DNA of 54,533 bases, filler included, from Sphacelaria rigidula (taxonomy: Eukaryota), in assembly GCA_964200075.2 (NCBI GenBank). It is 4 parts of 4 records of this genome, joined end to end, with 100 filler letters (N's around TTAATTAATTAA, not from the genome) between each part and the next. Parts side by side here need not be neighbours in the genome. Positions count along the whole stretch, not along the records: positions 1 to 13,561 come from CAXNAA020002800.1; positions 13,662 to 27,220 come from CAXNAA020002801.1; 2 more parts are not named here. The stretch is one strand, 5' to 3'. The notes under the pieces are model-generated. The model was not told where the DNA came from. It saw only the letters and a program-made list of their open reading frames with translations, and did no database searches. Positions 12,268-23,009 of the stretch are shown piece after piece (the stretch's first letter is position 1; every line of letters begins with the position of its first letter). The position numbers were made by a program, and so were the translations under genes.

Positions 12268-12810
12268 CTTCCCCTCTGTCCCATAAGTAACGGTACCTGA
12301 ATTTGTACGGGCCCTTAACGATGTCCGATCGTTTGTTTTTCTTTATAAACTCTACGGTGTTTTTATGGGTTAAGAAAATGTGTTTAAAATTTGCAGCTCG
12401 TGCTTGAACCATGCCGTCGGACGGCTGCAAAAAAAGTAGTCGGCCCAAAAAATGGCCGTTTTTTTGCTCCTTTCCGAGGGGAAAAAAATGTGTCGATCAA
12501 ATATATATATATATATATCATAATCGCCCCGCCTTCACTGGGGCTTGCTGCCAGGAAGTCCCACGCGATTTAAAAAAAAAAACCCGACTCTTTTTCCCCC
12601 CACGGAAAGGGGCAAAAAACGGCCATTTTTGGGCCGACTACTTTTTTTGCAGACATTCGGCGGCATGGTTCAAGCTAGATAGAGCTTCAAATTTTAAACA
12701 CCTTTTCCTAACCCAAAAAACACCGTAGAGTTCATAACATTAAAAAAGCGATCGGACATCGTTAAGGGCCCGTACAAATTTAGGTAACTTCACGTATGGG
12801 ACAGAGGAAA
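12268..12810. mobile_element. Stowaway-like MITE with ~215-bp imperfect terminal inverted repeats, TA-flanked
   Basis: Left TA|CTTCCCCTCTGTCCCATAAGTAA... and right ...TATGGGACAGAGGAAA|TA. The arms 12268-12485 and 12592-12810 are inverted copies. Confidence 0.88.
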
Positions 12811-12869
12811 TATATCACTATATATCACTTGATTTCTGGCCTATATGACGTGTATCACCTGGTGGTACC

Positions 12870-12915
12870 TGTGACGGTTTAAGAGACAACCAACTAGACT
12901 AGTTGGTTATCTCTT
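12870..12915. repeat. Hairpin element copy, cut by a 10-N gap
   Basis: TGTGACGGTTTAAGAGACAACCAACTAG-A-CTAGTTGGTTATCTCTT; same family as 13355-13444. Confidence 0.75.
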
Positions 12916-12925
12916 NNNNNNNNNN

Positions 12926-13354
12926 AGGAGGGCGACGCCCCTTGCCAGCGCTCTATCGACTGCCATCAGGACCTCTAGTGTTGTCGCTTTCACCGTAGCG
13001 TAAAGTTACTCGTCTCCCCCACTCATTCCAAGAGTGTGTGCACTGGGTACCCTAGCGGTCAACTCCAAACACAGCCACCAGGCTATCTACCATCAGGACG
13101 TCTAGTGTTGTCGCTTTCACCGTAGCCTAGAGTTACTCATCTCCCCTACTCATTCCAAGAATGTGTGCACTGCGTTCCCTAGCGGGCGACTCCAAACATA
13201 GCCACCAGGCTATACCCCACCCTTTTCCTTTTTTTGGGCCGATTTTTTACTGAGGTTTTCTCTCCTTTGGGCCAATTTTTTACCAGAGGTTTTCTCTCCT
13301 CTTTTTTCTTCGCAGAAAGTGCGTCCGACGGGAATCGAACCAGCGACTAACTTT
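12926..13354 (-). mobile_element. tRNA-derived SINE-like fragment with an internal ~127-bp tandem duplication
   Basis: The minus strand has B-box-like GGTTCGATTCCC at 13330-13341. 12964-13085 is duplicated at 13090-13212. Confidence 0.55.
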
Positions 13355-13444
13355 TGTGACGGTTTAAGAAACCAACTAGACTACTGACCAGTCAGAGCTG
13401 ACTGGTCAGTAGTCTTCTAGTTGGTTGTCTCTTAAACCGTCACA
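13355..13444. repeat. ~90-bp near-perfect palindrome (foldback mini-element)
   Basis: TGTGACGGTTTAAGA..CTACTGACCAGTCAG-AG-CTGACTGGTCAGTAG..TCTTAAACCGTCACA. Confidence 0.9.
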
Positions 13445-13494
13445 TATCTGACCTATATGATGATGAAATCACCTGATATTTAACCTATTTACCA

Positions 13495-13561
13495 ACAAAT
13501 TGTGCGAATTGAGGTTTAACTTCGAGATGAGGCTCAAGTCTAAAACAGTGCTTTCCCCACA
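13495..13561 (+). repeat. Dispersed repeat at contig end; inverted copy at 27331-27400
   Basis: AATTGTGCGAATTGAGGTTTA...CAGTGCTTTCCCCACA matches the reverse complement of the start of contig 3. Confidence 0.85.
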
Positions 13562-13661
13562 NNNNNNNNNNNNNNNNNNNNNNNNNNNNNNNNNNNNNNN
13601 NNNNNTTAATTAATTAANNNNNNNNNNNNNNNNNNNNNNNNNNNNNNNNNNNNNNNNNNNN
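13562..13661. other. Artificial contig-joining spacer
   Basis: 44 N + TTAATTAATTAA (stops in all six frames) + 44 N. Confidence 0.98.
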
Positions 13662-13856
13662 GCCCGCTGACAGCTTACCTCAACCCTATTCTCAATCGTA
13701 TCGAAGATTCTCAATCTCACGAAAACATTGTTATGAGACGAACGCGGGCGGGTAGTCAAATCGCAGCTGGCGGTGGACATAACTATTTCCAAGTCACGAC
13801 TTGGAAATAGCATTGCCCTATTCTATACTGTGCAAAACAAATCCACCTAACGGTCC

Positions 13857-14060
13857 ACGAGGGAAAGAGACTTGTGAACCCCTCTCGCGATAATAAAGAA
13901 AGACAAGCACCGCAGAAGGAAGGTGGAGAGCTCAACCAAACAAAGAAAAAGGCTCCTGTGTTGACCTTCCTCCTGTGTAACCCCGGCTGGTGCGCCCACA
14001 TACACCGAAAGGTGGAGACCGGCGTCCAGAATAGGGGACGGCAACACACACAACACACTG
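13857..14060 (+). mobile_element. 5'-truncated copy of the tRNA-derived SINE family
   Basis: Shares CTCTCGCGATAA..GACAAGCACCGC..GTCCAGAATA..CAACACACACAAC with 51346-51668 and 47476-47835. Confidence 0.85.
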
Positions 14061-14323
14061 AGGAGCAATGCTACGGTAGGGGTCCACGTTTGTCGCGAAG
14101 TTTTGTCTGGTTCAGGGGTTCCTAACGAGTCTAGAAGTACAAGAATATGGGTCAGGGCATCCCCGTTTGCAGATGAATTTGGGATATTCCCAGCACATTG
14201 GAATAGTAATTCTGGCGTACTCTCGCATATTTTCGTAAGTTGTGTTTCGGATGAGATAAAGGGCTCCTAACAATTAAAACCTCAGAAAATATTCATGTAC
14301 CCCTACTGTAGCATCACTCTGTG

Positions 14324-14995
14324 CGTCCAAAATAGATGGGACGACAACACACACAACCCGCTGTGCGCAGTACACCTTCCACATCGTGTTCATACTGACT
14401 GTAGTAATCTTTGTCCACGGTCCGGTACATTTGCACGTATAGTGCAGGGTCTGGTACATTTTCGCATGTATGTATGTAATTTTAGTCTGAGATCGTGGGG
14501 AAATCCGCAACATCTGGGCGAACTGCAGGTGGGGCAATCGCCAAAATATTGACCTGCAAACTCTGCTCCAGTAAACTGTAAGTTGATATCGCCAGGCGGA
14601 CACTACCGTAACCACCTTGCCGGCTGCCAGACTGTCAGGATGTGGTATCCGCTAGCATTACTGCTGTCTGTACCGGGGTGTTGCCCCCTTGTGTACGTGG
14701 GGAAGGGCCCGTGGTAGAACGCAGTGCTCGCGCCAACCAGCTGCACACTGAGCGTCCTCACTCCAGATTTCGATTTGGAGCATGATACTACGCAGGCAAC
14801 AGCAACTGCTGTGTTCAGGTGCTCCTTTGAGCAAGATGCGTTTGGTTTCTGTTTGACGAAGTTTCCCTGAAAGACCGAAATGAATAGGGGTTTTAGATAG
14901 GGAAAACTGTTACAAAAATCGGGTCACAAAACAACGGCTCGTCGATTTTTTTACTCGGAGCAGAAAATAACTTCACTGAGTAAAATTGGAATGAT
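14324..14995 (+). repeat. Copy A of an old ~0.7-kb direct duplication
   Basis: Colinear with 21582-22330, e.g. CAACATCTGGGCGAACTGCAGG, CCTGCAAACTCTGCTCCAGT, TAACCACCTTGCCGGCTGCCAGACTGTCA. Confidence 0.9.
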
Positions 14996-15652
14996 GGATG
15001 CTATTGATGTTCTCTACACTTTGTGCGAGCGGCCTCGCTCAGGTATTGGTATTCCGTGTTTTACCGAGACAAATTTGTGCTTGAACAAATCTGAGGATTT
15101 CAGCACAAATGACACATCCCCGCCGCGCAGTCATGCAATCTCGAATTGACCGTGGGTGATAGTGGGCGATCGAGGTTGGGGTCGCGGTCGAAGGAATCCG
15201 GACAGAAACCAGGCCCTCGACTGAAAAAAAAACACTACTCTTCGCTATGTCGGGATTCGAAATTATGACGAACACGGGTGGTGACGTCCGCCCACTCCGG
15301 CAATTCGTCGGTTCGCCAGCATGACCACCCGGGCGCAGGTTGCCACCATGCTGCGTTAACTTCTACGATCGTGCATGAATTTCGATTTCACCTTCAATAA
15401 TCGGAAATATTTGATATTTTTGTCTACTGCACCTTCAATAACTACGCCCAGAAAACAAATACGGTGGATCTCGAGCATGGGGCAAAAGGATGACTTCACA
15501 GGCTGACAGAATTTCCACATAGAAAAAACGAAAAAACTCGTTGTAAACTAAGGTTTTTTCACGAGCATTTATTCTGCACGCCAGCAGACTGCCAGAACAA
15601 TCGGAGCAACAAAGTTGGTCGACGTAGCGGCATCTTTCGTCACCACTGACAT

Positions 15653-18040
15653 CTACAGCGGGGGGCTAGACGATCCCAACTCCAACTTCACATTTGCGCA
15701 TTCCGTTGCCTCCTCGGACTCCACATCATCACACACAACAAGCTGGCCGGATAACACCGCTAGAGAACCACGAGGTCGCCGCATACTCTCATCATCACTG
15801 CTATGGCTTGCTTTATTACTGCCACTGGCAACTCCCCGATCACTCGAAAGGGCAACCCTCGTACTACGCTGTTTCATCCCCTCGCGAGTGCCGGCATGAG
15901 GAAGGACTGCCAGCTCCACCTTCATTCCTGCCCCTGCCGTCGCCTTCAACGACACGTTGTTATGCCCCAAGGATGGGTGTCCTGAGACCAGCGGCGGCAC
16001 TGTATCACCCTGCCCGGGCGGGAGGTCTACACAACGACGAGCACCAACACTGTGGCTTGCACCAGAACCCAAGTATGTTACGCGGATGCGTTTGGTTCCC
16101 CGTGCATCAGCATCGCAACCACCGTCACCCTCCGTCGAGCTGTGGCTAGAGGTGCCCGCACCCGTGGTGAGCCCTGCTGAGACGGTTACTCTGACCGAGT
16201 GGTGTCCAGCAGCATGCCGTCGACAAACGCTTGCCATACCGACGCCGTGCTTCGTGCAGACACCCCATTCGGAACAGCCCTCATGCGCGCACTTGGTATC
16301 CCCCAAATTCACCGTTTTCACCATTCCCTCTGTGGCATGTTGAGGCAAGACCTGCATCTTCTTGCTTCCGGCTGCACCATACGACGGACACTCAGGGGAG
16401 TCCGCGCGGCCGCATGTCTTTCGCACAACGCTCGTCATTCCGGCCGTGGCATGGTGGGAGCAGAATTGTGCATTCGCGCTTCCTGCCACACCCAAAGGAC
16501 GCTTTCGGCAGTGCTTATGGGCGCATCGCCTGTCCTTCACATTCACCATTCCCGGCCGCGCATGCTTGGGGCAGAAATCTCCCTTCTTGCTTCCGGCTAT
16601 ACCATACGACGCGCGCTTGGAGCAGCTCTCGTGGCCGCACTTCTTGGTTTTTACATTCACCATTCCCGGCGGCGCATGCTGGGAGCAGAACTCCATTTTC
16701 GTAGTCCCGGCTACACCATATAACGGATGGTGAAGGCAGCCCTCGTGGCCACACCTCCTATCCACCACATTTATCATTTCCGCCGTGGCATGCTGGGCGC
16801 AGAACTCCGCGTTGTTGCTCCGGGGTACACCGTACGACGGGCGCTTGGAGCAGCTCTCGTGGCCGCAGGTTTTGTGCTGCACATTCACCATTCCCGGCCA
16901 CGCATGCCCAGAGCAGAACCCTGCTTTCGTGCTTCCGGGTACACCGTACGACGGATTCTTGGAGCAGCCCTCGTGGCCGCACCTGTTGCCCTGTACACGC
17001 ACCATTCCCGGCAACGCATGCTGGAAGCAGAACCCCGCCTTCTCGCTTCCTGCTGAACCAAAACACCGACGCTTGAAGCAACCCTCGTGGCCACATCTCT
17101 TGTCCTTCACGTACACCATTTCCGGGGGAGCATGCTGGGAGCAGAACTCCCCCTTCCTGCTTCCAGCTGCACCATAGAACGGAAGCTTGAAGCAGGACTC
17201 ATGGCGGCACCTGGCGTCCCTCACAGGCACCATACCAGGAGGAGCATGTTCGGAACAGAATTCCGGCTTCTTGCTTACAGCTACGCCATACGACGGATGC
17301 TTGGAGCAGCCCTCGCGGCTGCACTTCCTCTTAATCACGCTCACCATACCAGGAAGAGCATGCTTAACACAGAATTCCGGCTTCTTGCTTCCAACTACGC
17401 CGTACGACGAATGCTTGGAGCAGCCCTCGTGGCCGCACCTCCTGCTCACCACGTTGACCATACCAGGAGGAGCATGCTGGATGCAGAACTCCGACTTCTT
17501 GCTTCCGGCCGCACCGTAACACGGACGCTTGCAGCAGCCCTCGTAACCGCACGTGTTGCTCACTACGTTGACCATTCCTGGAGGAGCATGCAGAGAGCAG
17601 AACTCCGCCTTCTTGCTTCCCGCTGCACCATACGACGGCCACTTGGAGCAGCTCTCATGGCCGCACCTTTTGCTCACTACGTTGACCATTCCCGGAGGAG
17701 CATGCAGAGAGCAGAACTCCGCCTTCTTGCTTCCCGCTGCACCATACGACGGGTACTTGGAGCAGCGCTCATGGCCGCACCTTTTTCTCGCTACGTTTAC
17801 CATTCCCGTGGAAGCATGCCGCGAGCAGAACTCCGCCTTCTTGCTTCCCGCTGCACCATACGACGGGTACTTGGAGCAGCCCTCATGGCCGCACCTTTTG
17901 CGCGCCACGTTTACCATTCCCGTGGAAGCATGCCGCGAGCAGAACTCCGCCTTCTTGCTTCCCGCTGCACCGTACGACGGGTATTCGGAGGACTGCTTTG
18001 TCGACAGCAGACTGCTCAGGGTAGCACGATTGTTAAACAC
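15653..18040 (-). CDS. EsV-1-7 cysteine-rich repeat protein (tandem 38-aa C-x4-C-x16-C-x2-H motifs) with a low-complexity C-terminal tail
   Basis: 795-codon uninterrupted frame with 13 complete, 1 partial and 2 degenerate repeats of consensus CGHEGCSKxPSYGxAGSKKAEFCSxHAPPGMVNVxxKR. The first ATG is at 17917; the true 5' end may be an upstream exon. Confidence 0.9.
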   Translation of the reverse strand: MFNNRATLSSLLSTKQSSEYPSYGAAGSKKAEFCSRHASTGMVNVARKRCGHEGCSKYPSYGAAGSKKAEFCSRHASTGMVNVARKRCGHERCSKYPSYGAAGSKKAEFCSLHAPPGMVNVVSKRCGHESCSKWPSYGAAGSKKAEFCSLHAPPGMVNVVSNTCGYEGCCKRPCYGAAGSKKSEFCIQHAPPGMVNVVSRRCGHEGCSKHSSYGVVGSKKPEFCVKHALPGMVSVIKRKCSREGCSKHPSYGVAVSKKPEFCSEHAPPGMVPVRDARCRHESCFKLPFYGAAGSRKGEFCSQHAPPEMVYVKDKRCGHEGCFKRRCFGSAGSEKAGFCFQHALPGMVRVQGNRCGHEGCSKNPSYGVPGSTKAGFCSGHAWPGMVNVQHKTCGHESCSKRPSYGVPRSNNAEFCAQHATAEMINVVDRRCGHEGCLHHPLYGVAGTTKMEFCSQHAPPGMVNVKTKKCGHESCSKRASYGIAGSKKGDFCPKHARPGMVNVKDRRCAHKHCRKRPLGVAGSANAQFCSHHATAGMTSVVRKTCGRADSPECPSYGAAGSKKMQVLPQHATEGMVKTVNLGDTKCAHEGCSEWGVCTKHGVGMASVCRRHAAGHHSVRVTVSAGLTTGAGTSSHSSTEGDGGCDADARGTKRIRVTYLGSGASHSVGARRCVDLPPGQGDTVPPLVSGHPSLGHNNVSLKATAGAGMKVELAVLPHAGTREGMKQRSTRVALSSDRGVASGSNKASHSSDDESMRRPRGSLAVLSGQLVVCDDVESEEATECANVKLELGSSSPPL

Positions 18041-21000
18041 GTGGGAGCGGGATTTTAAGCTGAAGGTGAAACCCCGTAGAGATAGTTGGCGAACGAATAG
18101 GACTTTTTGTTAGGCTGGGCCTTTTCGGCACCACGAAGACTACACTTCAACGTCACATTCGCTTGTGATTGGTCGCGGCGATACTATCCCGTGAAAGAGA
18201 GTTCATGCCCGAACGTGATTCGTGGCCACGGGAACGCGATTTATGGAAAATCTTCGGCAACTCCCTTGCAATTCTATGGGCTGCGAGAAGAGCATGTCTG
18301 ATACGGGAACATGAGAGTGCGGCACACGCACTGCACGGTGATCCTGACCCCTTCAACACACGCATCGCATCCCACTACTCGCGAAGTATATATGTATGTA
18401 GTCTTTCTATTTTATTGATCGGATTCTAAACGACCCCGCGGGTGTGGCAGCTCGAAACTGAGCGAAGCATTGGCGGAAACGGAAAAGGAGTTGTCCCAAA
18501 AGCGAGATGTGGAGAACATGAACTGCTACCGACGGAATATTTCCGCCGGCGGGGACTGCTGCGTCAACCGTACTAAAATCTACCGTTCAGTCGAACGCCT
18601 GGTGGCAGGGTTACGAGGCAGGACAAACGTTTATCTTCTACAGTTGTTCAAACGTTGCGAGGGTCGGACAAATGATTACTCTTCTGAAAACTACTTGCTC
18701 TCAGAGTCATTTATTCATAGCTTACCAATCTATCCTTGGGCTTTGTTTTCGGCGTTACACCTCAGGTACGCGCACCCCAGGCTCCTGGACAACGCAAACA
18801 AAAATGCGTGATACGTGCTTGACCTGCGATCAACCTTTTCTTTCGATCATCCAGGCCGCGGAAAACGTAGATTTGGTGATTCGAATCAGCGACGATTTGT
18901 CCGACCCTTGAAGAGTTATCAATAGTTTGGCCGGGTCCCGTCCCGGTGCATGACTCGTCGCTTTACATGATGTTTCGGCAGTTTTTGCGATGTGGGGTTG
19001 AGATCGAGACTCAAAACTAGTCGTTCTGGGCCTGAGTGACATTTGCGAATGAGACGTGCCGTCGCGACTAGAAACGCCCATATCACACAAGAAAAGGGGA
19101 ATGACAGGAGCAACCTGCATTTAAATAAATCGACGCCGCATGCAACTTCATCCCGACTAGCAGGAACCTAGTGCCCAGAATATCTTTAGTAAGCAGGACG
19201 TTCTCGACGGCGCTACCAAGTGGAAAGAAGTGAAACATGGCCGTAGCAAAAGGCATAATGTACGTGCTGCAGAAAGCAATGCGCATCATAGCGATACCCA
19301 CGCAAACCCAGCCGTGAAGGGAAATGGACATGTCCATCAATGTGCAAATCGCCCGAGGCTAGAACAGAACGGGCTGACTTGGCAACGACTTTACAACATG
19401 ATAGGCCCAGGTCCTATATTCAAAGTAGGTGAACATTTGACACAATGGCATGAACTTTTACTCGAAAAACGCACATGCACGGGCACGCTGGGGCATACGA
19501 TCGTTGTCGACGCTCAAAGAAGCCATCGAAGAAATACTGTTTGTATCATGACTTGGGGGAAATGTTGCGGCGACGTCATATCTAGCCAGGCTTGGGAACA
19601 GCACGGGAACGAACGCGACCCTCATGTACTGCCGGTGTTCCTGCGCTGGATCCGGTAGTCATCTATATGGCACTCAAGGATACAGTCAACGAAATTCCCT
19701 ACAGCCAGCGTATTGAGTGAGATCTTCAGAACCTTTATTTTTAGGGAGGAAAGTTGTTGCGCATGTTTGTGGAGGATCACATGGTACCCATTCATACGTA
19801 CACCTGACTAAGATGGGACCATTCGCAGAGAAGCACGCTGGTGTGTTTTCGCGTTTGCCGCTGTGTGTATTCTATGCTACGGGACCGTAAAAAACAATTG
19901 CCCGTTTTCCGTCTCGAAACGTTCGCCGATCTAGCTTTTGCTGAGCAAATCCTTGACAACTACTGCATCCACAATCACCGACGGCGAGACGACACTAAGA
20001 GTACAGCAATACACAGTGCTACATTTCCTAGGGACAACCACCACTTCTTCTGGCAGTACTCGAAGATTCACATCCTACCCCTACAGCTACGGCACAAACC
20101 TATCCCCGCCACTTCGTGTAGCCGCTACCACCAATAACGAGAGGTCATGGCGGAAGTGTCAGACTGGGGACGACGCCGATGATTGGAGAGAATGAGCGTC
20201 GTTCACACGTGTTACACACCCCGTGAGTGATGACAGTATACACAGCTATCGAAGACGGAACCCACAATGTAATCACAAACGCACGCTATCTTTCATTGGG
20301 GATTTGTTTCATGGCGAACTTCGTTGAGTTTTTGATATGGTTCTGTTGTGGTGGCTACATACAGACGGTATCTCATATTTTTATGGTTGAATATAGGACA
20401 CTCTATAAAGATAAATTGCCGCGTGTCCAGAGCGTTTCCAATTTCAATTTATTTCGATGTTTGTGACGTTGCTGTCTCGGATTTCAGCGGTGAAACCGGA
20501 GCGGTATCGGCTGGGTCCTTCAACTCTAAAATGAAGGTCTGCCTGTAACTCATCTTGTATTTACACGTAGTATCTATTCCCTTACGGTAGGTAGTGGAGG
20601 GACTAGTGGACTCGTTTCAGTACCAAAACGCCCGGGAATCATCATGTAAATGCTCTGTCTTGTGTCTCGATCGACTCACGTGTTTCATGCTAATAATAAA
20701 AACTGCCTGTACTGCAGTATAGTTGCGTCCTTGCATTCCTCGACATAAACTACGCTTCCCGCGCCTCGCACGGTGTGCAATCCACAGTTTATGATAGCCA
20801 GAGCATGTCGGTGGCGTTTGTATCATGCATATTCGTTTTTGAACTGGTACGGTATGCTATTTGGTACAGCAGGCCGCATCGGCAGTACTAGATCGGAAAA
20901 AAACTGGTTCACCACACCTCCAAGTGAAACAACGATGGACTCGCTGGCATCCCTCCTGCGTGTTTTCGAAAAATTCGTGATGAAACGTGAGGAACAATCC

Positions 21001-21540
21001 CGTGACGGGCTGCCACAGGGAAGTACAATGCTGTGGTTCACAAGCGCGCTGGCACGATGTCGAAAACATGGAAAATCGCGCACGCGCCACGAGTAGCGCG
21101 CGTGCTGCTCAAAAAAGAACTCTCCGCGCGTGTAATTTAATACGATGCGTTTTAATCAGTTCAATGCAGAGGTAATTACCTTCGGGGTGTGAAGCCAACA
21201 CTGCAAATCAACCGCAGCGTGACGCCTTCGACGGTACCACCTGCTCACTGCACAGCGGCAGGGTTCAGTGTGACAAAGCACACCGCAGGAGGTGACATCC
21301 TTAGTCTATCCCTGTCTTGCATTGATGTTGCGTTGTCCTATTCAGTTCGCCACATCATGAATGCAGCCGCTTGTATCGCGGCCAACGTCTACGCGGGATA
21401 TCACGCCTTGCTACGCGCTATATTGCCACGTCACATTTTGTAAAGCTGTCCGTGTTGCAGCTACAGCGTGCGTTTGCCCCAGGTGGCGCACGCAGGAGTG
21501 AAAGGTCGCCTCCGCCGCTGTAATGGCTGATACAACACAG

Positions 21541-21610
21541 CCGCGGCTGGTGCGCCCACATATATCGAAAGGTGGAGACCGGCGTCCAGAATAGATGGGA
21601 CGACAAGACA
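21541..21610 (+). mobile_element. 3' tail fragment of the tRNA-derived SINE
   Basis: GGCTGGTGCGCCCACATA..GAAAGGTGGAGACCGGCGTCCAGAATAG matches 13985-14033. Confidence 0.8.
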
Positions 21611-22330
21611 CTGACTTCGCGCAGTACACTTTGAACAACGTGTTCGTACTGACTGTAGAAATGTTTTATCCACGGTTGGGTACATTTCCATAAGTAATGC
21701 AGTGTTGGGTACATCTCGACTTAAAATGTAACGGAGAGTCTGGTACGTTTTCAAGTGTACATGTATGTAATGTTACTCGGTGATATCGAGAAAACATTCG
21801 CAACATCTGGGCGAACTGCAGGCGAGGCAATCGCCGAAAAATTCACCTGCAAACTCTGCTCCAGTGCACCGTACGTTGATATCGCTAGAAGGACACTACC
21901 ATAACCACCTTGCCGGCTGCCAGACTGTCACAGACTCAGGACGTGGGATCCGCTAGCATTGCTGCTGTCTGTACGGGGGGGTTGCCTCCTTGTCAGGTAC
22001 GTTTTGGAGCATGATACTAAAGGAAGATTATCCTTTCTTGTACATGGGCACCAAACGCGGGGGGTCCTCACTCAAGATTTCGATTTGGAGGATGATACAA
22101 GGTAGGCAGCGGCAACTGCTGTGTGTCCAGGTGCCCGTTGCAGCAGGATGCTTTTGGTGACTGTGTGACGAAGTTATCCCCCAAAAAACGAAATCAATAG
22201 GGGTTTTAGAGTGGAAACATCTAGCAACGAATATATCGCAAGAATCGGGTCGCAAAAACGGAGTCGCAAAAAACGGTGAGTCGAATTTTTACCCGGCGCA
22301 GAAACCAAGTTCACGTAGTGAAATTGGAAA
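21582..22330 (+). repeat. Copy B of the ~0.7-kb direct duplication
   Basis: Colinear with 14324-14995, with indels. Confidence 0.9.
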
Positions 22331-22926
22331 AGGAACACGTTATTTTCATGTGTTCCTATTTATGGATAGAACATTGGCATTTTTTTATGTCACGTGCAGC
22401 GACGCCGACTCAAGTGATCACCTACCCTAGCTGTCAACGCGTTAGTTCGAACGACGTTGCGAAGCACGTGCACATTAAGAATCGTTTGCGATACGAGTAA
22501 CAGGAAAGGCCCCGTTTGGTTTAGCAAACAATGAAGCAACGGGAATGAGGGTATATTCATGGAAACATTTCTCTCGTGAATGCACCACTGTGCACTGAGC
22601 AGCTAATGATTACACATCGCACATAAAGCCATGCATTCCAAATATATGATTTCGATCATTGCGCTGAATAAAAGTGAACGGTACTGACCGGCCGCCATTT
22701 TCAAAATCGCACATCGATATTTGTATGCTTTCGGAAAATATGCTCATCGATTAATTCTTGGCAAAATTGACCATTTGACCGCCAGCGTTGAAAATCAGGG
22801 CAACGCGGTAACATCTCAAGTAAAATTGATGCCGATTCAACAAACGGCAAAAAAACAACTCTCAATCGAAAACTGCGCTCGCAATCTGGCGAAATGTTGT
22901 CAAAACTACTCTCTGAGAAAAAAAGT

Positions 22927-22939
22927 GAGAGACAGAGAC

Positions 22940-22976
<37 letters not shown>

Positions 22977-23000
22977 GAGAGAGAGAGTGAGAGCGAGAGA
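22927..23000. repeat. Compound microsatellite (GAGACA)n(GACA)n(GA)n
   Basis: Directly visible; lies just beyond the 3' end of the RTE element. Confidence 0.95.
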
Positions 23001-23009
23001 GGATATATA

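Noticed and set aside
13606-13617. TTAATTAATTAA recurring every ~13.66 kb as a biological periodic motif
   Set aside because: Always embedded in 44-N flanks; it is an artificial linker.
15653-18040. Integrated phaeovirus provirus
   Set aside because: Only the EsV-1-7 repeat is present. No capsid, polymerase B, ATPase, integrase or dense viral gene packing is recognisable.
16199-18113. Long plus-strand ORFs (e.g. 17087..18058) over the EsV-1-7 gene
   Set aside because: Antisense shadows of a GC-rich 114-bp tandem repeat, with no independent protein signature.
18100-21500. Scattered short ORFs upstream of the EsV-1-7 gene
   Set aside because: No motif, consistent strand or splice pattern that I could support by eye.
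14324-22330. LTR retrotransposon carrying the EsV-1-7 gene
   Set aside because: The direct repeats lack TG..CA ends, PBS/PPT and TSD, begin at a SINE remnant, and no gag/pol lies between them.
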